Of a stretch of DNA of 64,000 bases, positions 50,960 to 63,300 are shown in pieces (the stretch's first letter is position 1; every line of letters begins with the position of its first letter). The notes beneath the pieces were generated by a model. It saw only the letters and a list, made by a program, of their open reading frames with translations, had not been told where the DNA came from and searched no databases. The stretch spans positions 6,796,939 through 6,860,938 of the forward strand of contig MU058423.1 in the NCBI GenBank assembly GCA_013265495.1, read 5' to 3'. The translations under genes were made by a program, and so were the position numbers. This DNA is from Vicugna vicugna. Taxonomy: Eukaryota.

Positions 50960-52580
50960 CAGAGGATATAAAGCCATTGCCTCAAGAAGCTTATAGCCAA
51001 TAAGCAAAAATGGTAAGAAAGTAGATAATGATAATGCAAAATATGAAGTGTTATGATGGTACAGACAGGGAGAACAGGCATGTAAACTAAGGGAAAAAGT
51101 TAAAAGGGTTTAGAGAGTCTTCTATGCTGAGTCTTGAAAGAGAAGTTAGCTAGGTCTTGTGGAATTGGGGTTGGAATTGAAATCCAGGAAATCATTGTCT
51201 ACAAAGAATCTGCAATTTGTGAAGGACCATACTTGAAATATAGAACACTGGAGAATGGTAGATAATTTAGCATAATTGGAACCACATTAGGAGAATGATA
51301 AGCTGGAGATACTGGCAGTGGCCAAATTATGAAGAGCCTCATATACCAGGTAAGGTTTGATCTTAATTTTAAGGTAGCCAGTATCCATTGAGTGACTCTT
51401 GCAGATGGATGGATATGTGATCCACTTTGCCTTTTAAAAGAATTTCTCTGGGGATGGGAGAACATGTTTAAAAGGGGCAAGATGATAAGCAGGAGATAAA
51501 TTAAGCAAGGGGTAGTAATCCAACCACGATATCACACTTGCCCAAACAAAATTAATGGCATTAGGATAGAAAGAAATGGATGAACTAAAACATTAAGAAC
51601 ATGAAATCTTCACAATTTTGTGTCCAACTGAATGTTGGTAGTGACGTACAAATTTTTAATCTCAGGAAATGACTATATGCAGTTATCACCACTGAGGCAG
51701 GAACCATAAAGAGAGATCGAAGTGTAAGATGAGTTTTATTTTTACGTATGTTAAATTTGAAGAGCCTCTGGGACATTTAAGTAGAAATGTCAGGTAAGCA
51801 ACTGGTTTCACTGGAAAGATTGAGATTATCTTATTCTCCTTTTTAGGGGCTGGTTTAGGGAAGAATAACCAAGTTTTTATCAACTATATGCAATGATAAA
51901 TGTGCTGAAGCCTTTTATGAAAGAGGCCCTTCCTTGATAAAAAGAAAGAAATTCCTATGAAGTCTTGTACCTTCTTTTCTGTCTGAACATTGATTTATAG
52001 GGACCTGACACTTGGAACTGCAGAAAGGTTCTTTTGACCATGAGGAAAAAATAAGGAAAAATCACTAAGAAGTAGAACCAGAGCCCTGACATTACCAAGC
52101 TACTGGATTTACCAATTCTAGAACCATCCAACTATGGACTTATTCTAAATGAGATAATAAAAACACTTATTATTTGAGCAGCTTTTCTTTTTTCGTTATT
52201 TGCAACTGAAAGATTTCTAACCTGAGGATGGAAAAGTGACTTGAAGATTATTCAGTGCAGCGAGTATAGGCAACTTTTTAAAAAGCTGAATTGTGGTTAA
52301 GAGGGGGGAGATGTATTTGAGATGGAGATGGAGATTTGGCATCAAGGAAGAGTTTTTTCTTTTTAATGAGGGAGATTTAAGATTATCTAAATACTAACAT
52401 TACCAGGGTAATTACAATTGAGAGAGAAATTTAAGGCAAGAGAGTACAATGTATAGAGTTGATTGAATAGGAGAAGGCTTTGGAGAAAGGAGACCTCTTT
52501 CTGATAGCAGGCAAAGTGGCGCAGGTGAACAAATGTAGTTTAACTGGCAGATAAACTTCATTGCTTTTATTCCGTTTTCT
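50960..52580 (-). mobile_element. Long L2 relic (minus) with an inserted MLT1-type LTR fragment (plus, about 51900-52225)
   Basis: gcctcaagaagcttatagcc...atgctgagtcttgaaag...gatgagttttatttttacgtatgttaaatttgaagagcctctgggacatt; MLT gagccctgacattacc...tatggacttatt...gttatttgcaactgaaagatttctaac. Confidence 0.7.
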
Positions 52581-52614
52581 TAACAACTCTATTTATTTCT
52601 TTTATTTTTTTCAG

Positions 52615-53349
52615 CAACCAGAACAGAGTTTTATGTTTTGGATCATTACTAATTGAGATTACCAAGAAGTTTTCTGTTTCACTCATCAGAAGAGCACTCC
52701 CTCCAGGAAAAAAAAAAGCGTATGATGAATATGTAAATACTCAGATGAGGGAGAGCCTGTGTGTTTGGAATGAGACAGGCTGCAGCTGGTTGTGTCAGTA
52801 AATTGTCAAAATCAGATTTCTTGTGACCAGCTGGCTTATTGAAGCACATACTGTTCTGGAGAACCCAGAAGTTAAATTGGTACCAGCTGAGGAGATATAT
52901 ATTGCACTGAAGGCCAAACTAAATAAAAAAAGATATAAGAAAAGGACAAATTCTGAGTAGAAGAGGAAAAAAAGTAGCATACCAAAGAGTTATTTGATAG
53001 TTGTTTTTAAAGATACAACTGAAGAGGTTTGCATTTGTAGCCTCAAAGCCCAAAAAGCATTCTCTCATTACACTCTAGGGAGGAATGGAAGCGTTTCAAC
53101 TGGCTACAGTAGGAACATACCAAGAAACCTCAGTCTGTTATGTACACGATTTCCATAAACTGACATTCTGCACTTAGCCCTTTCTTCACTGGATGGTACC
53201 AAGAAATGAAATCCAAGATCCATCACTGTAATTAACTTGAGTATACAATAGCTGTATTGCCTCCCCCAAAGTTACAACTGATGTTAAACTGTTACTGAAT
53301 ACTGAAAAGTTAGAATTGATTCTTAAAATGGAACAACAGTAGATTGAAG
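52615..53349 (+). pseudogene. Candidate decayed coding exon of an unidentified gene
   Basis: CTTAAC branch site (52579-52584), long polypyrimidine tract and cAG acceptor (52613-52614); donor AAG|GTATGC (53349/53350). One frame 52616-53155 has 180 codons with only two stops (52799, 52958). No repeat recognised. Confidence 0.45.
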
Positions 53350-54339
53350 GTATGCTTTTTTATTTAGAAATACATCTCTTCTATAAGTTTCTGTACATAG
53401 AAATCCATGCCTTTAACATTGTTTCCAGATGTACTTTTGGCAAACTTTTAATTTTTTATTTAGCTAGACCTATTTCTTAAACCATGTGAATGATTATATG
53501 TCACAGAACAGAACCATTTTTGAGGCTGAAGGTTGAAATAGGAGATCCTAGTGATTACATATTTAAGTAATTTCTTGTTCCAGAATGATATGAGTGCTAG
53601 AATAATAATGACCCCACCCTAGCTTAATTTCTTTACATACATGCCAAAAAAACTCAAGAATAAAATCAATCTTCCCCTGATTTATGTGTTCTGAAAGCAA
53701 TGAGAAACAGTTACTCAAATTGTACATCTTTCAAAAAGTGATTAACCAAGTAGAGAGGAAATGACAAGTGTTCAAAAAAAATCTTATTTAGCATTTGAAC
53801 CAAAGCTGTAAATTATTTTCAAATTATTTTCAGTGTACATTTCAATGCTACAGTGAACAAAGAAGAATTTTATTTGTTCAGCTGGGAGATGTTCCTTTTG
53901 GCATGATACCAAATTTACAAAAGCAATGAGAGAAAGTGAAAACATTTTGAACATTTTGAGTGTAAGAAAGTAATATAAAACATGATACAGAGTGTTTTTC
54001 ACAAGAAATTAAATATTTCTTTTCTATATTTTTATGTTCCTGAGAACGCTATTCGAAGTTGCCAATTAGCTAAATATTTGAAAAGTGTTTGACTTTGTTA
54101 CAAGTGAGGCACGAGTTGAGGTACTGGTACTTATATTAGGAATGTAATTGTAAATGCCTTTCCTACCACATCTATCCTTCGTTCCCTTCCCTTTGTAATT
54201 CTATTTTTTTAACCTAAGTTACTGTAATTTTAAATAAATTGTCATTAATAAATCAGTGACATCAGGCTATAAAATAAATAAGCGAATAAAAACTTGTGAG
54301 ACACATGTTGGCATTAAAATAAAACAAAAAAAGTTTTAA

Positions 54340-54880
54340 GAAAGTTTTAAAATTACTTCTTTATATATTTATTTTATAAAAGTTATAGATATTAGTGAAA
54401 AATTGCAAAATGCAGAATAAAATAGGGAAAAAATAAAGCAATATTTTTCATCATCTTATTACCCAAAGATAACCAATAGTACTGTAACTTTTTACAGCCT
54501 TTAATTTTTTGACTAGTGTTTAAAAAATTAAAATGTTTGGCATAATACTTTATATATAACTTATATCATGGCATTTCTGTAAAAGTTATACAAAAATATT
54601 ACATATTATATATATACATATATATATATATATATCTCCCTTATATTGGCTATGTAATAGTCTGCTTAGTGAACATTTAGAATGATTATAATCTTTTCAC
54701 CATCATAATATTGATGATGTTTTATAGTGATGGTACCTTATTTATAATAGTTTCCTCAAATTAGTTAAACAAATATTTATTGAACGGCTATTGTATGCTA
54801 AGCAAAAAGTGGTAAGACATAGTCTTTACCTTGAGAGGATCATAAAAAGGTAAAGAAGACTACAAAATAAACAGAAAATT
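54340..54880 (-). mobile_element. Old L1M 3' relic with (TA)n (54600-54636), followed by an L2 3' fragment
   Basis: cttattacccaaagataacc...tagtgaacatttagaatgatt; aaacaaatatttattgaacggctattgtatgctaagca. Confidence 0.55.
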
Positions 54881-57800
54881 CATCGAAGATTTTTCTAGAC
54901 TTCTGTGATCCTGGGCGAAGGCATTAATGATGCCCAAAAGCACAAATTCCTATACCGTAAGAGCCACCTTTATAGAGAAGCTTGTACCAGGACAGAGGCC
55001 CACATCTTGGAGTTCACCTGTTACAGGACAAATTTTACCCTTGTGCCAAACCCTACTTTTTCTTTGATAAGAGAATAAGTTGGGTCAGTGTGAAATAGGA
55101 GAAGGCTCATGTATTCACAATGGGCAGTATTCAGTTAAACCTTTTGAGGAGATCCTTCAAAAAGAAAGCTATGCTGGAGAAGTGAGGTTGAACTTCTACA
55201 CATTTACTCCATAGCTCTGGATGCCAATGATGATCCTGTTAGACTATCTACTTTGAGGGATTTTCTTAATTGTAACATCTACTAGTAAAATATAAGCTCC
55301 ATGAGAGCAAGAATCTCTGTACAGAAGCTTGAACAATTCCTTGCACAAAGGTTTTTGGTAAATACATGTTGACTCTGTGGAAAAAAAATCAGTCCTTATT
55401 CCAATAAGCCTTTCCACACTTTCAGCCTCTGGGCTTTTGACTTATATCTCTCTTAATGTTGCCTAGAGGGCATCTACTGTAAATGGCCTAAATATAATAA
55501 TGTTGTAAACTTAGGGCTTTATATAAGCAAAGGGACATAAAATAGGTAAAAGTGTCACTTACACTATTCTCTTCCCTCATTACCCCAAATTTAAGAAATT
55601 ATGTAGGATTTTACTTTTTTTTCCTCCAAATTTCCCCAGAATAGCAGGGCATCCAAATGAATGATGATACCAGGTGTCCTGCCTACTACCTGGAAGGCTG
55701 ACACCTTTGCCCAGAGGCTGTCCTTTTCTTTCCTGAGTGCCTTTCCATGCTGCTATTGAAAGGACGCCAACTCCTAGTAAGGATTTAGGCTGTTAAAGAA
55801 GTAGATTATCAGTTAAAAGAGGGGTAGGTAAATAGAACTTTTACCTGAAAGATAATTCTGAAGTTCACTTCCAGAATTCTGTCATGTAGTTAAAGGAGTG
55901 TATTTAGGGTCTAGATTTACTGGAGACTTGAATTTTTGGGTTCTAGTTTCTTTAATGCTTGGGGTTGTTCACCTCCAAAGGTTGAGATGGACAAGGACAC
56001 ATTTTACATATTACTATTTATTCAGTCTTTGTGTTGGGATATAAATATCTTATTCTTGTCACATGAGTCAATTAAACTGAAATGTAATTTATTTAGTAGA
56101 TATGTTTCATTGGTGTTATTAAATGGTGCTGGCAAGTCTTATCAGCTCTATAGTATCAGAAACCTCTAGTTTCACTATCCAGGGTATAATACAGTTAGAA
56201 TCAAATGGTCTTCACCAATGCAGCTTATACTCAAGTGATTCTCTGAAGAGACCACGTTTCTCATATTTCTACATTTTCATTAATCTATATACCCTTCCCC
56301 ACCTTTTCAAAACTGATAAGATATCTTTTTATCCTGTATGACTCCACTAAGTGACACATCTTTGGAAAATCCTTGTGCTAAAAGACATCTCTATCAAAAC
56401 ATTTATCTATTATTGTCATAAGTAATGTCTGCTGCCTAATTAGAACACAGGTTCCTGGAAAATAAATTCCAATAGAAGATTGGTGACTAAAAACAGTTAG
56501 TCTGCAAGTTTAAAACTTGATGTTTTGAATATGTACTGATACATTAACTAGTCTAGACTTCAATTTGATCATATGTTAAAAAAAGTAGACTTTAACTTCA
56601 ATATCTTATGTGTGTGTATGATGAATCATTGGTCAAGACGAGTCAACCATTAATCTGAAATAGCAGGAGTCATGCCACAAGTTAATCTCTGAAAAAACTT
56701 TACTTTACGTTATGTTTGGAATAGGAAAAGGAAAAAGAAATTATTTTTGTTGATTCTGTTTGTAAAGGATTGCTTCTCATTGTATTCTGCTTAGCCTTAC
56801 TTTTTGGTTTTAGGGGTTTTTTTTACCCGAATTTCTTAATTTTTATCCAAACATGATCAGATGTTTCCATTTACTGTCATTAGTTAGCCCACGTCTCCTA
56901 CTCTTTGAATAGATGTCTAATTACATTATTTAATACTTGGAAAAATGTGAATGTGGTTATTGTTCTCAGAGTTCTACTTTCCTTCCTTGATTCCAGACAA
57001 ATCTTTTCCAATTTCTCAAAGACAGTTGTGTGGCTCTAAGAACTTATCTCTAGGGGCTTTTGTTTGGCCTGTTGCTTTACTCTATAAATATTTCCGGAAA
57101 CTCATCTTCCTGACTTGACCTTAAGTTCTACAAGTCTGAACCATAAAGAAAGCACATGCAGCAAAAAGCAACTGTATTTGCACAAGAACATTGAGTTGTT
57201 TAAGATGCTAACCTATTAGGGCATCTGTAAATGCCACAGCAGTTGGTAATGCTTAATTAAAGCATAAATAGTAAATAGAAGTATTGAGATTTATTTCTCA
57301 TTTGAGGAAATTAGTAACTTAATAATCGTTGAATAAAATTCATGAAGAACAGCTTAATTATATTTTCTTCAGCAATAAAACAGAATAGCTTATTTAAATT
57401 TTAAAATCCCATTGAGATTTCAGCAGGGAGTCTATGAAACTGATGATTGTATTACCCTTTGTATAAGAGAAATTCATTCAAAGTAATTTTGCCAAGATGG
57501 GTTGATAGTGTTACTAATGGATAAAATTAATTTTAAAAACGTAGAATATAGGTAATATTGAATAAATGTTCTATTGTGAAAAAATCATATCCCCGTTTTT
57601 CTTTAAATAACCAAAAAAAGGCAACTTTGAAAATGTTAAGTACACTAAAATTATCTTTCTAGGCTTTTATCTTCAATATTGTGTATCCATAGTTCTAAGG
57701 AAGGTTTTAAAACTATTTGTTAATTAAGTCATAGTTGGTCCGAAGGACTTTAAGTAGCACAACGTTTTCCTGAGTCCTAGAATGTTTTTCATCTTGTTAT

Positions 57801-58009
57801 GCTTTAGACATTTATTCTTTAAGAGTTACCTTGAAACATACTGCCTCTAAAAATGCTCTTTTGACTTCTTCAAGAAAAATCAAATACAATCTTAATTTCT
57901 AAATTTAATCAAGCCAAAAATGTCATAAGCTAGGGATTTATAGGAACGGTCTCATATGAAAGGTGGAACAAAGATGGAAATGAAGTAAGAACATTCAGTA
58001 TTATTTTTC

Positions 58010-58570
58010 TTTTTTTTTAACATTTTTTATTGATTTATAATCATTTTACAATGTTGTGTCAAATTCCAGTGTTCAGCACAATTTTTCGGTCATTCATGGA
58101 CATATACACACTCATTGTCACATTTTTTTCTCTGTGATTTATCATAACATTTTGTGTATATTTCCCTGTGCTATACAGTGTAATCTTGTTTATCTATTCT
58201 ACAATTTTGAAATCCCAGTCTATCCCTTCCCACCCTCTACCCCCCTGGTAACCACAAGTCTGTATTCTCTGTCCATGAGTCTTTAGATTCCACATATGAG
58301 CGATCTCATATGGTATTTTTCTTTCTCTTTCTGGCTTACTTCACTTAGAATGACATTCTCTAGGAGCATCCATGTTGCTGCAAATGGCGTTATGTTGTCG
58401 GTTTTTATGGCTGAGTAGTATTCCATTGTATAAATATACCACATCTTCTTTATCCAGTCACCTATTGATGGACATTTAGGTTGTTTCCATGTTTTGGCTA
58501 TTGTAAATAGTGCTGCTATGAACATTGGAGTGCAGGTGTCATCCTGAAGTAGATTTCCTTCTGGATACAA
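58010..58570 (-). mobile_element. Young 5'-truncated L1 3' end, same family as 15375-17479
   Basis: ORF 58283-58606 contains an intact ORF2 C-terminus ([24 protein letters not shown]...YHMRSLICGI*). 13-bp TSD agtattatttttc at 57997-58009 and 58571-58583. About 38 bp are missing in the 3' UTR relative to the 15.4-kb copy. Confidence 0.97.
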
Positions 58571-58599
58571 AGTATTATTTTTCAATATGCTAAAATATT

Positions 58600-58735
58600 T
58601 TAACACTTATTTGCTTTTTGAGTATGGCCAAGTCAGTTAATCTCTCTGAATTTCTATTTCTTCATCTTGATTTAGAAAAAGATAATTGTAATTTCTCCCT
58701 GGAGTTCTTGTGATGATTAAATGAGTTAATGCCAT
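58600..58735 (+). mobile_element. MIR fragment
   Basis: tggccaagtcagttaatctctctgaatttctatttcttcatct...gataattgtaa...gttcttgtgatgattaaatgagttaatg. Confidence 0.7.
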
Positions 58736-59500
58736 CTCTTGACCAGAAAAAAAAGGGATGGGATTAACTCACTTAATCATTTGATCTGATCAGAAGTTGA
58801 TAAAATGTATGGTCTGTACTCTTACCCGGGGTGGAGTCCCATAAGTCCCTCCCTCGTAATTATTAACTCGGCCTTTCCAGGGGGCACTCTGAACCAGCTG
58901 CATTCTCAGTTTGGTGCTCAGCAGTCTCTAATACGAGGTGGTCGCATCCCTGCCTGGATCCGCTGTGGGCCAACTGCTTCTCAACTCTCAGATATCTCTG
59001 TGTTTCACAGTGTGGGTCAGAATTGCTCCCATGTCACACAATCACTGAGGAACTAGGGTTTAGAAGGTTTCCTTTCTCACCCCTACAAAAAAATGTCTAA
59101 TTTTCCATTATAAACACAATTTTAAAAAGTTAAGATTGACTGGACATGTAGCCAAAATAGATTAGGTAAAAATCACTGGACTTAGCTTATTGAATCTATA
59201 TTTAGTGTAGCATCCCTTTTAGGATTCATTACTTTAGTAGTTATTATATTTTCCAAAACATGACTTAAAATACTAATAATTTTGAGAGATGTAACAATAA
59301 AATACTCTCCTTGTCACTTTTTTCCATAACTGAGATACTAAGAAACTTGGTGACATTAGACATCTTTTAAATGCTAGTGACTTTAATAAGACATACTAAT
59401 TTTAGCAATATTTCTTATTTATTGAACATTAGAATGCAATATTCAATATTTATTATTCAGTGAACAGTAGATATCACTGTCTTGTCCAACACTTATATGA

Positions 59501-59692
59501 TGTAATAAACTAAATGTTTTTGTCCCTCTAAAATTCATATTTTGAAGTCCTAATCTGCAGTGTGACAAAATTTGGATATAGGGCCTTTATGGAAGTAACT
59601 AAATTTAAATGAGGTCATAAAGGTGGGGCCCTGATCCAGTAGGATTACTGTCCTTTTAAGGAAAGATACCAGATACCAGAGGGAAAGTTCTT

Positions 59693-59732
<40 letters not shown>

Positions 59733-59957
59733 ACACCCCCCCCACACACACACACACACACATACACAGAAAAGGGCATGTGAGGAAGCAGCAAGAAGGC
59801 AGCTGTCTGCAAGTCAGGAAAAAAGTTCTCATCAGGAACTGGATTGGTCAGCACCATGATCTTGGATTTCTAGCCTCCAAAACTGTGATACGAAATACAT
59901 TTCTGTTGGAACCCAGTCTGTGGTATGTTGTTATGGCAGTCTGAGTAGACTGAGACA
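59501..59957 (+). mobile_element. MLT1A-like solo LTR with internal (CT)n/(CA)n expansion
   Basis: tgtccctctaaaattcatattttgaagtcctaa...aaatgaggtcataaaggtggggccctgatcc...gatcttggatttctagcctccaaaactgtga...gttatggcagtctgagtagactgagaca. Confidence 0.9.
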
Positions 59958-62849
59958 CATACTAATGACAATTTATTGTAAAATTAATAGTGTTACTGAT
60001 TATAAGTTATACCCTATTGTTTACAATATTTCATTAGTCATATTGTGAAAACTGAAAATAAGCAAAAAGAGTTTTTAAAATAATAAGCACATATTCTGGA
60101 TTCCTATGTGCCTAAATACTATCATGGAAACAATATTTGACTTCAGTAGTTTTTCCCATAAAGAAAGTTGCAGTTTTGTTAGGCACAAAAGATATACAGA
60201 AGATAAAATCACAGAGAACTAAAATTATAACACTTAGAAAATTTAGATGTAGGTGATCTGCCATAGCTATATATAAATCCTTTTCTGTATTTTTATCCTC
60301 TGGTTCAAAGTTTTTCCTTTCTATTCTTTATCACCAAATACTTCCAGGCTAACAAATACCTTACAATTGTGTGGTTTTTATTTGCTGAACTGTCATTAAG
60401 GAAAGCAATGTGATTAAACAGTGGAAGGAGGTTGTGAAGATTTAACATGTGAGGTTTTTGCATTTTAATTGAACTGACTGGAGGAAATAATGTTGATTTA
60501 AACGGAAGGCATTTATATTGGCAGAATTTCAGCATTGTGGCCAATCATTTATGGTCAATAAATAGCTTCTGCCCACCCCTCATATGTGTAAGTGCTAATC
60601 TGATGGTGTATACAAATGGACAGATTCATCACCTTAATCACAAACTTTGACATGTTTGAGAAAAAAATCCAAGTGGTCTAGGAGAGGCGGGAACTTTGCA
60701 TTATTTACTGTCATATTCCCACGTCTAGAACACTCTCTGATACATACTAGGCACTTAGTAAATACTTATTGATTAAGTTACAAATGCATGTCCCCTTCCC
60801 CTTCTTCCCCCACTTCCCTCCACACACTGAATGAGAAAGCTGAACTCTGGGCTCTGTAAGTATACGGGTCTTCTCAAGAAGCAAGCTCTTCTTTCCAGGC
60901 CTTGTTTGGGAAGAGGACAGACTGGCCCAGACTCTGTGAAAGGAAGGATGGCGTGGTTAGAGCTCTCCTATCCATTTCTTCCTTTCTGCTCCTTTTGTGG
61001 TAGTCCAGAAATACCTCAAAACCCTATTCTCCTTAAATCTGTTCCTCTCCCTGTAAGTCAGGAAAATCTCTCCCTTTGTTTAGAAACCAATTCTCAAGTC
61101 TGAGCTGGGAGCAGATGCTGCAACCAACTTCTGTGATGCACATGACATAGGGAAAGAGATTGTCCCATTTGTTTTATAAACAATCCTTCAGTTAATTACC
61201 CTACAAACATGACCCAACACTCCTTTTATTGATCCCCCGCCAGCTCTGTTCATGGCTCTCTGGGTCTCCAGCAAGGAGGTGCTCCCGTATAGCCTTCTGG
61301 CAATTCTTTGAGAAATAGTAATTAAATAAGATGAATAATCCTATGATAATTGTTTCAATATAGATTTCTTAGCATATTAAAGATCTTTGATGGGGAGGAG
61401 GAAAAAGGTATGCCCAGTCTATCATCTTGGTCTGAAAATAATATTTCAGTCAGGAGACTTTTAAGAACTTATGTTTTTATATAATTTCCCCTTTGAATAT
61501 TCAGAAACTTTTTCAGAGGACTAAATTAATAGAATTATTGAGGTTTCTTTATTTCCTGTATTAGCTTTCCAAATTCTTCCTGTATTAGGTTAACAAGACA
61601 CAGATTGCAAGAAAAATTCAAGTTAACCTCTAAAAAGAAATTGTAACTTTTATAAACAAGCAAACAAAAAGTAGGAGGAGGGAACTAAACCCAAGAAGAA
61701 TGAAAGAAAACAGTCCTCAAACTCTTAAACATCCTCACAGGTCCCCCTCTCCCTCAAAATTCAGAAACCCAATACACACATTTCAGAGGCACAAAGACCT
61801 CTTACAGCTCTTTATAGGCCCTCTACACAAAGCCTAGGAACTTCTCTGCAGGCAAAAATGCAATCAAATTTATGAGCCATGCTAGGTAGCCAGGGGAGGG
61901 AAAAATACATTTTGTCTCATCCATCCCAGGTTGAAATATATTGTTTTTCTTTCTTTGATGATCTAATCAATCCTGTAAATTTAACAGTTCAACACTAAGT
62001 TCAATGGACTCCGTTATTCAGGTTTCCTTTCTTCTTCTTCTTTTTCTTTTTTTTTTTTTTTTTTTTTTTAAAGCTTTTCTTTCTCTATTGTACTGCTGTA
62101 GTCATTGAGGAAGTCAGAGTAGGGAGTGTAGTAGATATGGAGCCAACAGCACACTTCAAATTCCAGTAATTGCCCTGAACAAAGAAATACCCACATACTA
62201 GGGTCTTCCTTTGGAGAAAGGGACAGTAGAAAATGTGCCACTTTTCAGATCCACTCCCACACTGACCCACTCTCCGAGGTTGGACTATTAAGGGCCTGAC
62301 CCTTGTGGGTGGGCAATGAGGAATGTGGCATTTACTTAATTTTGGGGCTTCTGCTCAAATGTAGTGTTGTTTAGTCAGTATGTTCTATGATAGGCTCTCT
62401 TTTAAAAGTCTCTTTCTGCCTTATATTTTTTCCCCTCTGGGAGAAAATAAAGCTGAAAAAACAACAGAATTTAAGAGGTCAGAAACTAACAGCTGTGAAG
62501 TCAGCCACACAAGTCTTACAGTAATGAGCAACAACATATCTGTTTTCAGGTTTCTTTTGTTAGTTCAATACTACTTTCATCATTAAAAAGAAAAAAAAAG
62601 ATTAAAGATACTATAGAGAATTAAAGATCATTAAAATTAGCATATTCATCTTGATCACATCACTAGAACTTAAGAGTCTTCAACCCAAAAATCAAATCAG
62701 TCATAAGCTAGACCTAATAGATTAGAAATAAACGTTGGATAGTAAAATTTGATTAATCATATAGCAAAATATGAGGAAAATAGTTTAGTTGGCTCCTATA
62801 TTGAAATTTTTTAAGCTTAGAACCAAATGACCAAATCATTCAGATACAT

Positions 62850-63300
62850 TCCAAATTGCAGTTTTTGGAGTTGGAAAGAGCTTGTTTGATTCTGAAGTTG
62901 ATCACTTACTGAGTTGGGGTCATCTATGGATATTAATTTTCCCATTTAAAAAAATGCAATTAAAAAACTTACCTCAGTGAGTATTATCAGAATTAAATGA
63001 GATAATATATGTACATCATGCAACAGTAGCTAAAGTACCTATTTTACAGTGACAAGGGTCACACATGAGTTCAAAAGATCTGGGTTTGAGTATCAGCTGA
63101 GCCATTTACTAACTTCGAGTCTTTTCAAGTTTATTTACCCTGACTTTTAATATTTTTTGCTTCATAAAATTAAAGCTAAGGCTGTAATTATTATTATGAA
63201 GATTAATTAATGGAGTTCATTCATTCATTTAAACAATTGTTATTTGGGATAAAACAGTGGACCCAAAAGACACCTGTCCACATTTAACTGAGATTCTAGT
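62850..63300. mobile_element. Two MIR fragments and an L2 3' fragment
   Basis: cttacctcagtgagtattatcagaattaaatgagataatatatgt; agatctgggtttgagtatcagctgagccatttactaact; ttcattcattcatttaaaca. Confidence 0.65.

Noticed and set aside
62030..62300. Poly(T) tract suggesting a minus-strand retrocopy
   Set aside because: No poly(A) signal at the right distance, no TSD and no recognisable parent gene; likely a simple repeat.
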